A DNA stretch of 64,000 bases from Oopsacas minuta (Eukaryota > Animalia > Porifera): assembly GCA_024704765.1 (NCBI GenBank), contig JAKMXF010000297.1, positions 473,285 through 537,284 on the forward strand, read 5' to 3'. The number at the start of each line of letters is the position of its first letter. Position 1 is the first letter of the stretch. Made by a program: the position numbers and the translations under genes. Below are positions 37,896-50,215 of the stretch, piece by piece. Under the pieces are notes generated by a model. It searched no databases. It saw only the letters and a program-made list of their open reading frames with translations, and was not told the DNA's origin.

Positions 37896-39072
37896 TAAGA
37901 GTGTGAAGTCAGCAGCAGATTTCGGAATTTTGAGCACAACTTAACTCCTAATAATTCTGTCAATTCTCAATTCACCTAAAATTTTGTCAGTACCTTTGTC
38001 TGGAGTGGTGCATTTCCTATATTCAATAATTAATCCTCATCACACCTACTCTTGCCACATGGACATCGCAAAATTTGTAATACTAAATACCTATATAGTC
38101 AGGGCTGGATGATAGCCCTAAAACCGTGACAAGTCGGGTAAAAGTACCAAATTTAGTACAAAGTTACAGTAGGGTGTGCTTGAACTTTTAGAAGGGAGCC
38201 AGTTCTTCGAAGATCAAGGGTGTGGTGCACAATCTGTTTTATGTGCCACTTTGGACACATTTTGAAGGTATTTACATGCATATAACTCATCCAGTTTGAA
38301 TCGAAACGAATTTTAGTGGTTTTATGTCTCATGAATGTGGCAACATTCCATTCTCCAAATTTTTACTAATGCTATAGAGTGATCCTTGTTCGTCGCAGCT
38401 GGGCTACCTTAGTCTAGTTATGCAAATACAGACACTCTAGATTTTACTGTTGATTGCCCCAAAGAGATCAAGTGATAGTTTGAGGTAATTAACATACTTC
38501 ACACTACAAGATTATAGAATCTCGTTTATCCCCATGCAAACGAATTATCTCCAAGTATAAATCACAAGCTGTAGATAAGATTATGCTAATAATATTCTCG
38601 ACTTTCTAGCATAAATATTTTGGCCAGTTACCGAGATCTACAGTAATACGACAGGGACGTAGGTAGCAAAGGTGCGGCATTTATAATATCTCATCATCTG
38701 TATTGACAGAAATTCGTAATATTGTTACGGCAGCGCCGCATCTGTCTATAGATTAATTATTGAATATGAGGAAAGCATCAGCCTAAGAAATGGTACTGAC
38801 CAAATTTCAGATGAATTGATTGAGAATTGATGGATTTATTAAGTGTTAAGTTGTGCTCAAAATCCTCTATGGGATTTTGTATTATCAGTTTGCAACGTCA
38901 TTGTGAGAAGAGTATGTGTAATAGTGATTAATTATTGAATATAGGAAATGCACCACTCCCAGACAAAGGTACTGACCTAATTTCAGATGGATTGATTGGG
39001 AATTTACAGTATTATTAAGTGTTAAGTTGTGCTCATATTTCACTGCTGGAATTTGCTCCTGACTTCACTCTC
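37896..39072. mobile_element. About 1.2-kb long-TIR non-autonomous element
   Basis: 37896-38035 is the inverted copy of 38923-39072, with an extra diverged arm copy at about 38752-38870; no long ORF inside; boundaries approximate. Confidence 0.65.
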
Positions 39073-39402
39073 ATCGATCTAATAACATCATGTTTGTGTT
39101 ATCCTCCAAATGCATTTTGTAAGACGTATACATTCTAACACCACAATATGACCACCTAGCAGATTATTATACAATTGAACATACGCACCCACGCCGTTCT
39201 ACACAATTTATTAATTCCTGGGTGTGTGAGATAACATCATTGATCTTCCCTAGGCTGGACAGATAATGTTACCACAATTCTAATTGTGAAATAATACTAA
39301 TGATAAATATATAAAGTAACGGGATAGTGTAGGCATATTATAATACGTATAAATGGGTCCATTTAGAAATTTAAGAAATTGAGATAAATTAAATCTGAAA
39401 GA

Positions 39403-40200
39403 ATGGGTTGCATTAGTTCTGGGACTAAGAGGCCTGTTGTATTAGTAAGCGAGAAATCTGAATCAACATACGATCCTAGGCTGAGTATCCTCGGGGGAGG
39501 GACACGCCCTAACAACTTGAATATAGTATTTACCATGACGGGAGATGCAATTCGTAATTCTATTCAGTGGGATGATCAGGAAGAAATCGTGTCAGCGTTA
39601 ATTTCCCAGTTCCCGGATAGCTATATTTATCCTTTCACTAAATACACACTGATAACACAAACTGAAAATCATAATAGTCTATATCCGCATGATGAGGGCG
39701 AAGTGAAAAGTAATTATGGAGATAGGATGTATGCTCTTGTTGACACGAAAGGTTGGAAGTCACTAATCACAAGTAACTTTCTCACGATCAGTGAAGTCGG
39801 GTATTACATTGAGAGTCAGGGAAGCAACCAAGAAATAGAAATGAGACTATTCTACGTTACAACAAACAGAGATAATGCTTCTTTCCGTTTAGTTACCCCA
39901 GTTATAGCGAATAACACAATAGCACTGGAGTTAGTTGATTTATCAAAAGAGATGAAGGGAGAAGGAAAAACGATTCGATTGCAAGCTAGACTAAAATTAT
40001 TCATAGACGGACTGGTACAGAGAAATGTATTCACAAAGGTGCCTGGTGATTATGAAAAGACCTGGTACTTCGCTTTCAAAAGCAAAGAAACTCAATTGTA
40101 TTGGACAGTGAATCAGGGAAGGATTGATCTAACAAACAAGAGAGAAGATGCAACCGAGTGCAGAATGGAAAACCTAACTCAAAGTATAAATTTTGACTGA
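39403..40200 (+). CDS. Uncharacterised single-exon protein, 265 aa, N-terminal MGCISS acylation motif
   Basis: 798-nt ATG ORF, far longer than chance in this base composition; globular-looking composition; no family recognised. Confidence 0.8.
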   Translation: MGCISSGTKRPVVLVSEKSESTYDPRLSILGGGTRPNNLNIVFTMTGDAIRNSIQWDDQEEIVSALISQFPDSYIYPFTKYTLITQTENHNSLYPHDEGEVKSNYGDRMYALVDTKGWKSLITSNFLTISEVGYYIESQGSNQEIEMRLFYVTTNRDNASFRLVTPVIANNTIALELVDLSKEMKGEGKTIRLQARLKLFIDGLVQRNVFTKVPGDYEKTWYFAFKSKETQLYWTVNQGRIDLTNKREDATECRMENLTQSINFD

Positions 40201-41161
40201 TGTAAATATATTGTTTAGCTAATCAGTATACATAAATTAATTATGGACAATTATACTATAATTATTTCGCTATTAAACGTAACGTAGAAAGTGTATTACA
40301 TAACCTAACTCTTACCAGAAATTAGTATAGATAAATAACCTAGAATTAGACATGTGTGCGCTAACAAAAAAGAGGTTCAAATTTCTAAGAAATCTTGACA
40401 CAAAGAAATAGTGATATATAAAAACATGTTCTACTCCTCATAAGATAAATTGAATGTAGATATCTGAGGAATTCACAGAGGTAGGCTGTGTAAGGCTGAA
40501 GCTTTGAATTAGCTGGAACACGTCCTTTAACATGAACCATAATACCCCCTTTCAAAGTATGTATTGACTATAGAGTATAGACCTATCAGACTGGTTGGAG
40601 TATTTACTTTACCAAATAGCAATCCTGGTAATGTCCACCCCCATAAAATCATATAGATATAAACAGAATATATTAAGAAACTAAACTAAACGTTCCATCG
40701 CAATAATTCAGACTATCAGTTATACAATATAATGGAACAATTTATGCTTTAAGTAAAATCGGGTCAGCGTACTATAATTATCAAGGGAGATAATTTCAGT
40801 TACACAGACTATACCCACACCTACCGGTATTATCGCGAATAATTTTTTAGACGAATTGTTTTTAGACATAAATTTGCCTACGGCGATATTTCGAGTAAGA
40901 GGTAAATGTGTAAATCTGTAATACTATTCTCGTCCCCGAATATTAGTTTCCTTTAATGATTATTGTAATCATGAAAATTGATATGGAGAATTATAAGTCA
41001 TAAAAAGTATATGCAATTATAGTATATTTGAATAAAGCAAATATATAGCCACTTATACAGCCTTTTATAAATATATTACAAATTATACAAATCAAATGTT
41101 AAGATATCTAAGCGAGAGGTTATCAGATCAGAATCTATCTGGGTCTGGAATCTTGGATGTA

Positions 41162-44100
41162 ATGGTTAACACTCTGTCTGGTGAGTTTCTACAAGTAACT
41201 TGATTACCATATTTGCCTGGATAAGCGCTCGACGCTTATCTTCTCGTACAGGAACCAAGCGAATACCCCAGCGAGTTGAAGTCTAGAAATTAATGATATT
41301 TTAATCTCATGTATTGCTACTCCTTCGCTTATCCAATCCCCGGACCCCGATATACTACAGTATCTAACAAAATTTTCTTCAAACCAAGCTTAGACTCATC
41401 AGTCTGGCTTCACTACGACCAGTTAGAATGTGTCGGGCTGATCAGCTAAAGCTTGATTAATAGCATTCTGTGAAAATTATTAGTTGCTACAATGCAACCG
41501 CCACAAAGTGACATCGGGATGCCGAAAACTGCTACCCCATTCCTCATTTGTGGAAGTTCATTTGTACGCAACTAAGAATCGCTCTAATTTCAACAGGCCC
41601 CGTTTAGGAGGTTTCACTATACTACCTGGAGTGTAATTTTACGTAATATTATATTGTTTAGAAACAGTAAAATATATTCAGTCTAGTTCTGAATCAAATC
41701 TCTCGAAAAAAGACAACTCTATTAAATACCAACTGCTGCAAATAATCGAGAATTTACAAGCACAACTATCCAACATTGCATCAATAGAGGTGAGCTATTT
41801 TCCAAATAAAACAAAAACAGATGAAAGTAATGATGCTGATTATGCCAACATTGAGAACAAAAAATTGATGAGATTTTTCAAAAAGTCATTATCTACTGTT
41901 GAAAGCAGGAGATTAAAGTTACCAACTGCAGAAAAAAACACACACATCGAAGAGGTAATATTACTCTTGATATTCAACCTAACTACTGTAAGTCAGTGTA
42001 AATATGATGTAATACATATCATAAAATTCTTTGCGGTAAAGCGTCCCATCAGATTGGTCTAGAAGAACCAATATCTGGGAAATTATAAATGTGTTCAATT
42101 TCTGATGAATACATCTTCGGATTGTCAGGCACCAAATATAATTTGTTCGTTTAGGTAAAGCATACAGGAAGGTGAGAGTAACTACTCAGCTCGGTTGTGG
42201 GAGGGGCCGTGGCGACCAAATAACAATTAAGTAGACTCTGTTAGCTGTTATTATGCACAACAGGATATCGTATAATCCCATATTCTTTATCCGGAGTAAG
42301 TATGTATATGGTATTCGTACTAACGGGAGAGTATTGTACAGTTATTGCAGTCATGAATTTGTTTAGGAGAGTGTCGAAACACAACATCTAATAATTATCG
42401 AGTTAACGCTATTAAAACAACAAACAATGATTGATTAGTCCCTGCCATAAAAAGAAACATGTTTTGTGAAAATTTTGGTTCGACAAAAGACCATGACCAC
42501 TTAATATATTGCTATATATGTCCCTAAGAAGCATTGGCATAACGGAGAACGATTGTTTGGGGAGCCAATATATGGGAGGGCAGCATTTATTGTTCTCAAA
42601 CTTTGGCTCTTTGTAAATAATTAAATGAAAATTGAATTTATCAGGGTTTCAAATGCAATCCATCTAATATGTACACCACAGATGGGCCAGTGTCATATAG
42701 TAATGCTCCCCATCTGCAAATGTCCTCCGGAAGAATACTATATACTATTCTTCCGGGTGATATTGATCATGCACTGAAGTTCCCCCTATTCAAAAATTTT
42801 GTTACCAATTCGTTGATAGTTCTTACTAATTGATGTGTTTTGTGTATATTTTTGCTAAACACTTGAGATAATAGCCATTAAAGTTCTAAATATATATTTC
42901 TACTTGATGTGTGTGTGGATTTGATTATAATTTCCTTCGAGGATGGCTTGTCGTATTCTCATGATTTATTCCTGGCTTTGGATTTTTTCGTATTAGATCT
43001 GCAGGATGGGTGCTTCCCTTATCTCTATTCAAATTAGATCCAGATTTAATAGCTATTTAGTACCAAATGTGACTAGTAATAGTGCAAATTGGGATAGGGG
43101 GAAATATACTATGTATTCTTCGGGGGCATCCTACATAGTATTTTGCCCCAGGAAATATAATATATGAGGTAATTTACTATATGACACCGCAGTATGAAAT
43201 TGACCAACAGTTAGAGCTACATACTTGCGAATATTGTTTAACAGTTATTGAATTTGAACCGTCATACCGGTTAGTCGGTGGTTTATCATTATTATTATTA
43301 TAAGGAAAGACTCAACATACTTTTTGAAATGTTAATACATATAGGATGTGAGACAGATTAGCCCAAAGACTAACATTGAAAGAAGAAAATTTCAGATGCT
43401 CAGACCAGTTATTAAGAAGACAAAATCCTCAGGATACGATAACAAACGAATATACAGAGAGAGGATGAATACACCTACATACTGCAACTCAGAAGAAGCA
43501 CAAGTTAATAATAAGATATTGAGACCCCGAAAAACTCTACTAAGGAGAGCTCACTCTTCTGAAAATGTACTAACATCAAATACAAACCTTTTGGATGAAC
43601 CAATATACGATTTACCTAGGTAAATAGGTAATAATTGTACAGTAGACCCCGCTTATCCGAACAGGTCCTCAAGGTTATGCAACATTTGGAATATTTTCAA
43701 AAATCTAATTGTGTTCAATTCTACTGCGGATAATTACATACTTAATGCTATACGAGCCGCTTCGCTTGCTCGCGCTGCGCAGCTAGCGAACACTTTGTGT
43801 TCGCATGGGACTCGGCACTTCGTGCCTCGAATATAGCAAAGTTTAAATTGCATTATGAATTAATAAATATAAATTTCAACTATTTTTTACTATATTGTTT
43901 ACATATGAAAACATGAAAATACGAAATTCAGATTCAGCGTACTTTGTTACCCCTTATATTTCTGTTGAGAGCAAGTCTCTAAGTATATTTCGAGATTTCA
44001 ACTAATTGTTTACTTTATGTTCATGAAAACAACAATAAATCTCAATATGATTAATTCCAAAGTGTGAAAATCAGATTCAGCAGATTCAATATATTTGAGT

Positions 44101-45914
44101 CAAGTTTTATAGAATTCTTTTACTTTCTTGATAAACAATACCGATACACAGCCTACGAAACTAAAGCCGGTTCACAGTCTAGAATTCCTGGACCATGGAT
44201 TGCATCAAGTCTAATAAATTTGACCTGCAATTTTATTTTTCTCGATAATATAAAATTGATGCTTATCGGCTTGAATAATTGTATTATAGATAGTTAATAA
44301 TTTACCTACGCCATCCAAATGTTACCAGTTTGAAATGACGTCATCTGTTTAGTTAAAAGGGCAATATGTTGTTAAAATGCACCATTTTTTAATCTCTGAT
44401 GAACGATCACTAGTGCTTCTTCGATTCCAGAATTAATATCAAGTGATCTAAGGATGTTTATACATCAAATTTAAATCTTTTGTAATTATAAAGTTATCAC
44501 GTAATTGAGTTATACTATATACCATGGATAGCACATTTTTGGCCAATATCCACTTATAACTCAATAGTCGCGAGAGTTTTAGTCAAATTAGTCCCGCCAA
44601 TATGTACTATATACCCAACTTCCCATACCCTTGTAATGTATTTTCATACGATATCTTGAAGCACTATTGTTAACCTTGATAATGACCAAATATGGACATA
44701 TTCACGATTGCGTCACGCCGGTTTGAGATATCGTATCAAAATGTATTACAAGGGCCTTCAAAGTTGGGTGTGTAGTACATATTAGTTGGACTTTTTAATA
44801 ATTACTCTAGCGACTATCGAGTTATTAGGGGATTTTAACAAATAAGTATCATCCATGGTATCTAAAATAAATCAGTTATGTGACAATTTTATAATCACAA
44901 AATTGTATATTTTATGTATAAACATCCTTAGATCACTTGATATCAATTCTGGAATCGAAGACGCAATAGTGATCCTTTAACAGACCTTTAAAATAGTGCA
45001 TTTTTAACAACACGATAAATACATATTTATGCGACATTTCAGAATTGAGAATCTCGAATTCAATATACCATTCCATAAATCCTTTCCTTGACAACGGACA
45101 ACAGACACAACAATTGCAATTTAATAATATAGATCACTCATGTTAGCAGACTTTATCCTTTGTGCAAGTGTTGAAAAATGCACTCCTAGATCCTATTGTA
45201 TTGTTTCAATGTGTTTCACTAATCGAACTAAGTAATTTGCAAATGGAAAGGTGCTGTTAGAATTAGAGAGGGTATACTATAATGGTATTATTATTTAGCG
45301 ACTTTAGTTGATCTCGACTGTATATAACTTTATGTATTCGCGGTATTTCGGTAGATTGTTAATATATTACGTATGTGTAATAATTTAGGAAATCGAAAAT
45401 AAGCACTTACGATTCAGACATTGAAGCAGAAGGGTACATGAATATTAAAAAATCGGAACAATTAATGCCTAATGCAGAGAATGGTGAAAAAGTTGTAAAG
45501 GTAAAATTAAAAGCTAACGGAAAAGATCTTGGAAACAGGTTCTGCATTCTGAGAGATCATCATTTGCTAATCGGAGAAGAATTGAATGGCTCTGTTGCAG
45601 AGTATGAATGTCTGTTGACACAATACAGTTTGAATTACGAAATGTGTAACAAAGAGAACCTAAGCCTATGTATCTCTAACAATGAATTGAATTTGATTCT
45701 TTGTTTCAAATCAGAAGAAGAATATGAACAATGGGAAGAAGATATCAATAATGCTATATTGAAGGAAAGGTATACTTCTGTAAGGTTTTCTTCTCAGACA
45801 CTTGAGAATGTATACGATAGTGTAGACGTTGAGGTAGAGCCTCCAATCTACGAGAGAATATCTCTTATGTTAGAAGAATCCCAGAAACTGTCTTTAGAAC
45901 CAAAATCATTATAG
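41162..45914 (+). CDS. PH-domain adaptor with multiple Tyr motifs, about 370 aa (start uncertain)
   Basis: Exons 41162(or 41104)-41180, 41662-41954, 43345-43619, 45389-45914 with consistent phases. PH-like EAEGYMNIKK...RFCILRDHHLL...FKSEEEYEQWEEDINNAI; motifs YANI, YDLP, YDSV, YERI. Confidence 0.7.
42688..43187. mobile_element. MITE-like element with 14-bp TIR
   Basis: gtgtcatatagtaa / ttactatatgacac; internal hairpin ccggaagaata...tattcttccgg; TSD not evident; boundaries approximate. Confidence 0.55.
43753..45133 (-). mobile_element. Composite Helitron-like element carrying a nested long-TIR insert
   Basis: On the minus strand A|TCTATA at 45133 and CTCG|T at 43753; shares 5' microsatellite region, subrepeats and 3' hairpins with 1532-2211. 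Confidence 0.65.
44367..45012. mobile_element. Long-TIR element nested in the Helitron-like copy
   Basis: About 100-bp inverted arms (tgttgttaaaatgcac...gatgtttatacat); the core shares ccatggatag...gccaatatccacttataactc and atattcacgattgcgtcac with the element at 26693-28253. Confidence 0.7.
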
Positions 45915-46170
45915 CTTATTAATAATATTTATAATATATCAATAGTGTATTCATAAACTATCGAGATTTGGCAATCGCTTTGTGATGAATTCTGCACTTT
46001 GTGCCTGAAAGTATCCTCAATATATAAATATATACGTATATATTGCTTATTGGTCAAAATGACGTAGTTAGGTAATGCATAGGGGCGGGGCTCCAAACTT
46101 ACAAACAACTTGAACGGTCGGTCGTGGGTGCCCTGCTATAAGCATACTTGGAAGTATATAATATCAGATA

Positions 46171-46318
46171 CAGTAAACTCCACTTAATAGAGTCACCGGT
46201 TAATCGGGTCACTTGACTAGAAACAAAACCATACAAATAGGGTTAATTTACTCTGGTTAATCGGGTAAAAATGACCTGGTCCCGATGTGACTCTATTATG
46301 CGGAGTAAAGTTTGACTG
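46171..46318. mobile_element. pogo/Tc1-like MITE (diverged)
   Basis: ta|cagtaaactccacttaatagagtcac ... gtgactctattatgcggag...tttgactg. Confidence 0.55.
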
Positions 46319-48906
46319 AAGAAATGATCTAATTTACAACATCAGTTCAATTCTAAAATTAAATATTCATCAAACAGGGCAATTATTAATAACTATTTAT
46401 TATATTGATATTGAATTAATTACAGAAGTAAGGCCAAAAAGGCTTCTCAATTTGCTGTACTATTTTGGTAGAGTGCTAGTTAATTTGTTGTTGGAGCCAT
46501 TTGATAATTGCATTATATTTCTTGGCAATCTATTCACGCAGAAATTATCGAATGATTCGTAACAAGAACAGCACATGTTGGAAGAGAGAGACAAACTCAC
46601 TCAATTATACACTATCTATCTCCATAATAAGTTATTAGAGAAGATATAGTAACCAAATTAACAAATAGATTTTTCCTACATTGAATCAATAAAATATAGG
46701 CAAGAAGATCAAAAAAGGAAATGCAAATTATCCATATGTTTTCCAATAATGAATAATTTCAACACCACTCATGATTAAATACTATGAAACTTTTCTACAA
46801 CGGCTGGCTGTACATATCAATTACAAAAATAGAGGAGTTTTCGTCGCCTGAATGTTGGTATGGAAACTATTGCATTATTGATTATTTCTATTGAATTATT
46901 GGATAAACATAAACGTATATTTAAATGTGTTATGCCCCTTAAGAATATGAATTAATATCCGAGTTTCGAACTGGTAAATGTCAATATTGGTGTGGGGTCA
47001 AGATATTAAATAGGTATATCCGTATCCTGAACTATAGCTAGTGCAAATAAAACCTTGCCAACATAAATATTGTAACAAATGACTTATCCCCCCCAATAGA
47101 TTTTAACTAGTATAAATGAAACCTTTACAACATCAAAAATTTGTAAAAAAACATCCCGTCCCAATAGAATTGTCTTTCAAACAAAGAAGTTCGTATTTGT
47201 AGTGTTGGGTCATTAAATAATGTCCTTACTTTTACACTACGACCTACCCCCAAATTAATCAGGGAGGTCACTTGGGAGAGGTACTGACCCATAGGACCCA
47301 TAGGCGACTTCATTGAAAAATAGAGTTTTTGGACATACCCATCACCACCTCTTCCCCCGTCACGAAGCACCCAATACTTTAGGAATCCTTGCACTTCGAC
47401 CCCTACATCTCTTCAAATCGTCCCCTTATAACCCCTATATATGTGTACTGTTTCAAACCAATTTTCTCTAATTTGGGATATATTCTGGAATTTCGTGGGT
47501 TTTTCCACCAGAGGCGGAGCAACTTGATTTTGAGTCATTGGGTAGTCTCACTTTAAATTTATTAATGATACCCATTTTAATTATATTATAATTCACGAAT
47601 TTCATTCCTACTTCTTTTATCAATTTATATGTTTAAATACGTAGCTAATAACAGACCCTAAATTTTAATATAGAATTCCCCATTTAAGCCACTTTGAGCG
47701 GTAAACGCTTATCCAAACGGGGTGATTAATATGATTAGGAAACCGGTGTATTATCTATATCGCAGGGTCAAGTTAGAAAAAGGAAGTAAAGTCGTGGTGG
47801 ATACTATTGAACATACGTATAATATGAACAATAGTATTTGATGAATTCTTAATGGTGGTCATCAAAGTCAAGGGAGAACACATGGTATGTAATTTTTGTT
47901 TCGCTAGCATCCATTTTAATCAAGCTGTCTAATTTCACTCCTAACTACCTGAATATGTCCGCCGCCAGACTGCAATACTATAATCAACCTATGTGTAGGG
48001 GGTACTTTTATCTACCCAGCGAAGCTGTGATTAATAGGTTCCACTATATACTAAGTATGTATGACTTGTATGTACTTTAGTATCAGTACATGAATATATA
48101 GTGCAATCAACTCCCATTATATTGAAGTTTAAGGGCCGCGATAATTACTTCGATATAACCGATGAAAACCCAATGTTGCCATAATCAGCCAGATAATGAA
48201 CAAAGTCATAGATTTTGCCATTGGCATGAAATTTGACTTATAGCATGAACCTCGCACGAAGATGGCACCACATGAATCTAAAATTCCTGTATATTATCTA
48301 TTAGTGTTAGTATTAAAGACATTTCATTTCAATATGTTACTCTGACGGTTGGAGTCCAATTTTGTACAATTTCAGACTTCAATATAAGCGGGTATTAGAT
48401 CCATCCGTGTAATGAGAGTTGAATAAAGTAATAATACAGAAATCCTCTCTCTTATTCTGAGTAAATTAATTAAGCCCATGATTTGTCTAGGATGAACATG
48501 AATACTTCATTGTTTGTACTATACATCTATATTGAGTTTGACTATAGAAAAGTATCTTAGACAAAATAAAAGGAATAGTAATACCACCAACAATTACAAT
48601 TTAAATTCGACACAAAGCAGATAGGACTATTTACATGTAACATTGTTCAGTAGAGAGTTGAATAGGATCTAACTGTGTAGATATCATAACAATATAATAA
48701 AATTGGTGGCTTTGTAAGTTCTACAATTTCAATTACACTTACAATGCAAATATATGGCCAACATAACATACATCTGGATAGTAGCAGAATGTATGGCACA
48801 AATGTGAAAACATTAGATAATATATAAGAAGAGCGCCAGAGATCATAGTGAGTATAAATATAAGAGAGAAGTTGAAACTGAATAATAACAATAATAATAT
48901 ACAAAT

Positions 48907-49557
48907 ATGATTCAGTTCGTGAAAAACAAAATAGGAAACATGAAACAACAGAAATCTATGAACAGAAATGTGAACAAGGAAAGTAATCTGTTTTCAAACA
49001 TCTGTGAATCCTCAAAAATTGAAGTCAGCCCTCAGAACACCCCGGCTGGTATGAAGAGACAGTATTACTTCTCAGCAGAAGCAAGATTAGTTGGTATCAA
49101 GCCGCTTGGAGAGGACGACAACTTCTTCAATACGTTTGCATCAACTACTGAAATAATGCAACAATATTATAATAAGAGAAAAGAAGGTAGGAGGGCATTC
49201 AAGTATATCCCAACATCAAATCCCAAACTTGCATTGGGGGTAGACAAGTACCATATTTTTCACATGGAGACTGTATCACCTGATAATCAACAAGGCAGGG
49301 AGGAACTTAACTTTGATATTCAGCACATCTCAGCTTACGGATCTCATGTGGACTATCTGAATGTGTTCTCTATCATAGTGGTAGATGAAATACTCGACTA
49401 CGTTCCCACCTGTCTAGTGTTTAAGTTCAGTGGTATTAAAGAACGACATAGAACTGCTGAAGCGTTTATCCAGACCCTAAACTGCATTTCAACGGAAATA
49501 AACGGAGTGTTTACGTTTGAAACTTCAACTAATCATTTATCTAATGTTATATTTTAA
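48907..49557 (+). CDS. PTB/PID-domain-like protein, single exon, up to 216 aa
   Basis: 651-nt ORF with a pattern typical of PTB domains: FSAEARLVG, STTEIMQQ, LALGVDKYHI, FDIQHISA, LNVFSII, CLVF, AEAFIQTL. Several possible start Mets. Confidence 0.65.
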   Translation: MIQFVKNKIGNMKQQKSMNRNVNKESNLFSNICESSKIEVSPQNTPAGMKRQYYFSAEARLVGIKPLGEDDNFFNTFASTTEIMQQYYNKRKEGRRAFKYIPTSNPKLALGVDKYHIFHMETVSPDNQQGREELNFDIQHISAYGSHVDYLNVFSIIVVDEILDYVPTCLVFKFSGIKERHRTAEAFIQTLNCISTEINGVFTFETSTNHLSNVIF

Positions 49558-50097
49558 AGTATGTCACTACAATGTATAGTGAGTTTAGTGTTGTTCTTTT
49601 ATTCAACTAAATTAATATTAATTGTTCAATAAATAGTTTAGATATCAAATATCTGACAAGTAATGAATAACTTAGCACTTCCTACACTCGATTAGTTCTA
49701 TTCCTTTAGAAGCAATCTGGTAACCAGTATAGCATCATATATATATAATAATATTGGTTAATATTGTAAAGTAAGGGCGTAGGTAGCCAGCCGAGTACCT
49801 TATGCAATGGAATGCCTACTATAGATATTAGGTCACAATATAAGATTATCCAAAATGAAGTATGGGTCGCTTCGTCAATGTTGTAAAATGCAGATGTTAA
49901 TATTTAGCTATGTTAACTTGATAATCACCATACGTATGTAAATAATTATATTAAGAATCAATAATCATGATATCCATAATGATAACAAATTGTAATACAG
50001 AAACAGTACGAATTTATCAGAGCATTTTTATGCGCTTAGGGGCGAATATTCAAAGTTGAGTCACCTTCAAAAGGGTAATAACGAATTTAGCAAACTA

Positions 50098-50197
50098 AAG
50101 TGGAACCTCGCTAATATTGCCCAGGTTAATACGAACTCCGGATAATGCGAACAAATTTTGACTGTCTGTTGGTGTTCGTATTAACGAGGCTCCACTG
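50098..50197. mobile_element. pogo/Tc1-like MITE
   Basis: TA|aagtggaacctcgctaat...attaacgaggctccactg|TA. Confidence 0.65.
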
Positions 50198-50215
50198 TAA
50201 TGTGACACTATATTA

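Noticed and set aside
41400-41640. Weak resemblance to LSU rRNA (gacatcgggatgcc) and U1 (atactacctgg)
   Set aside because: Matches are under 15 nt with mismatches and do not extend.
46440-46900. Possible decayed membrane-protein (7TM-like) fragment on the minus strand
   Set aside because: Only short hydrophobic stretches between stops, which AT-rich DNA produces readily.
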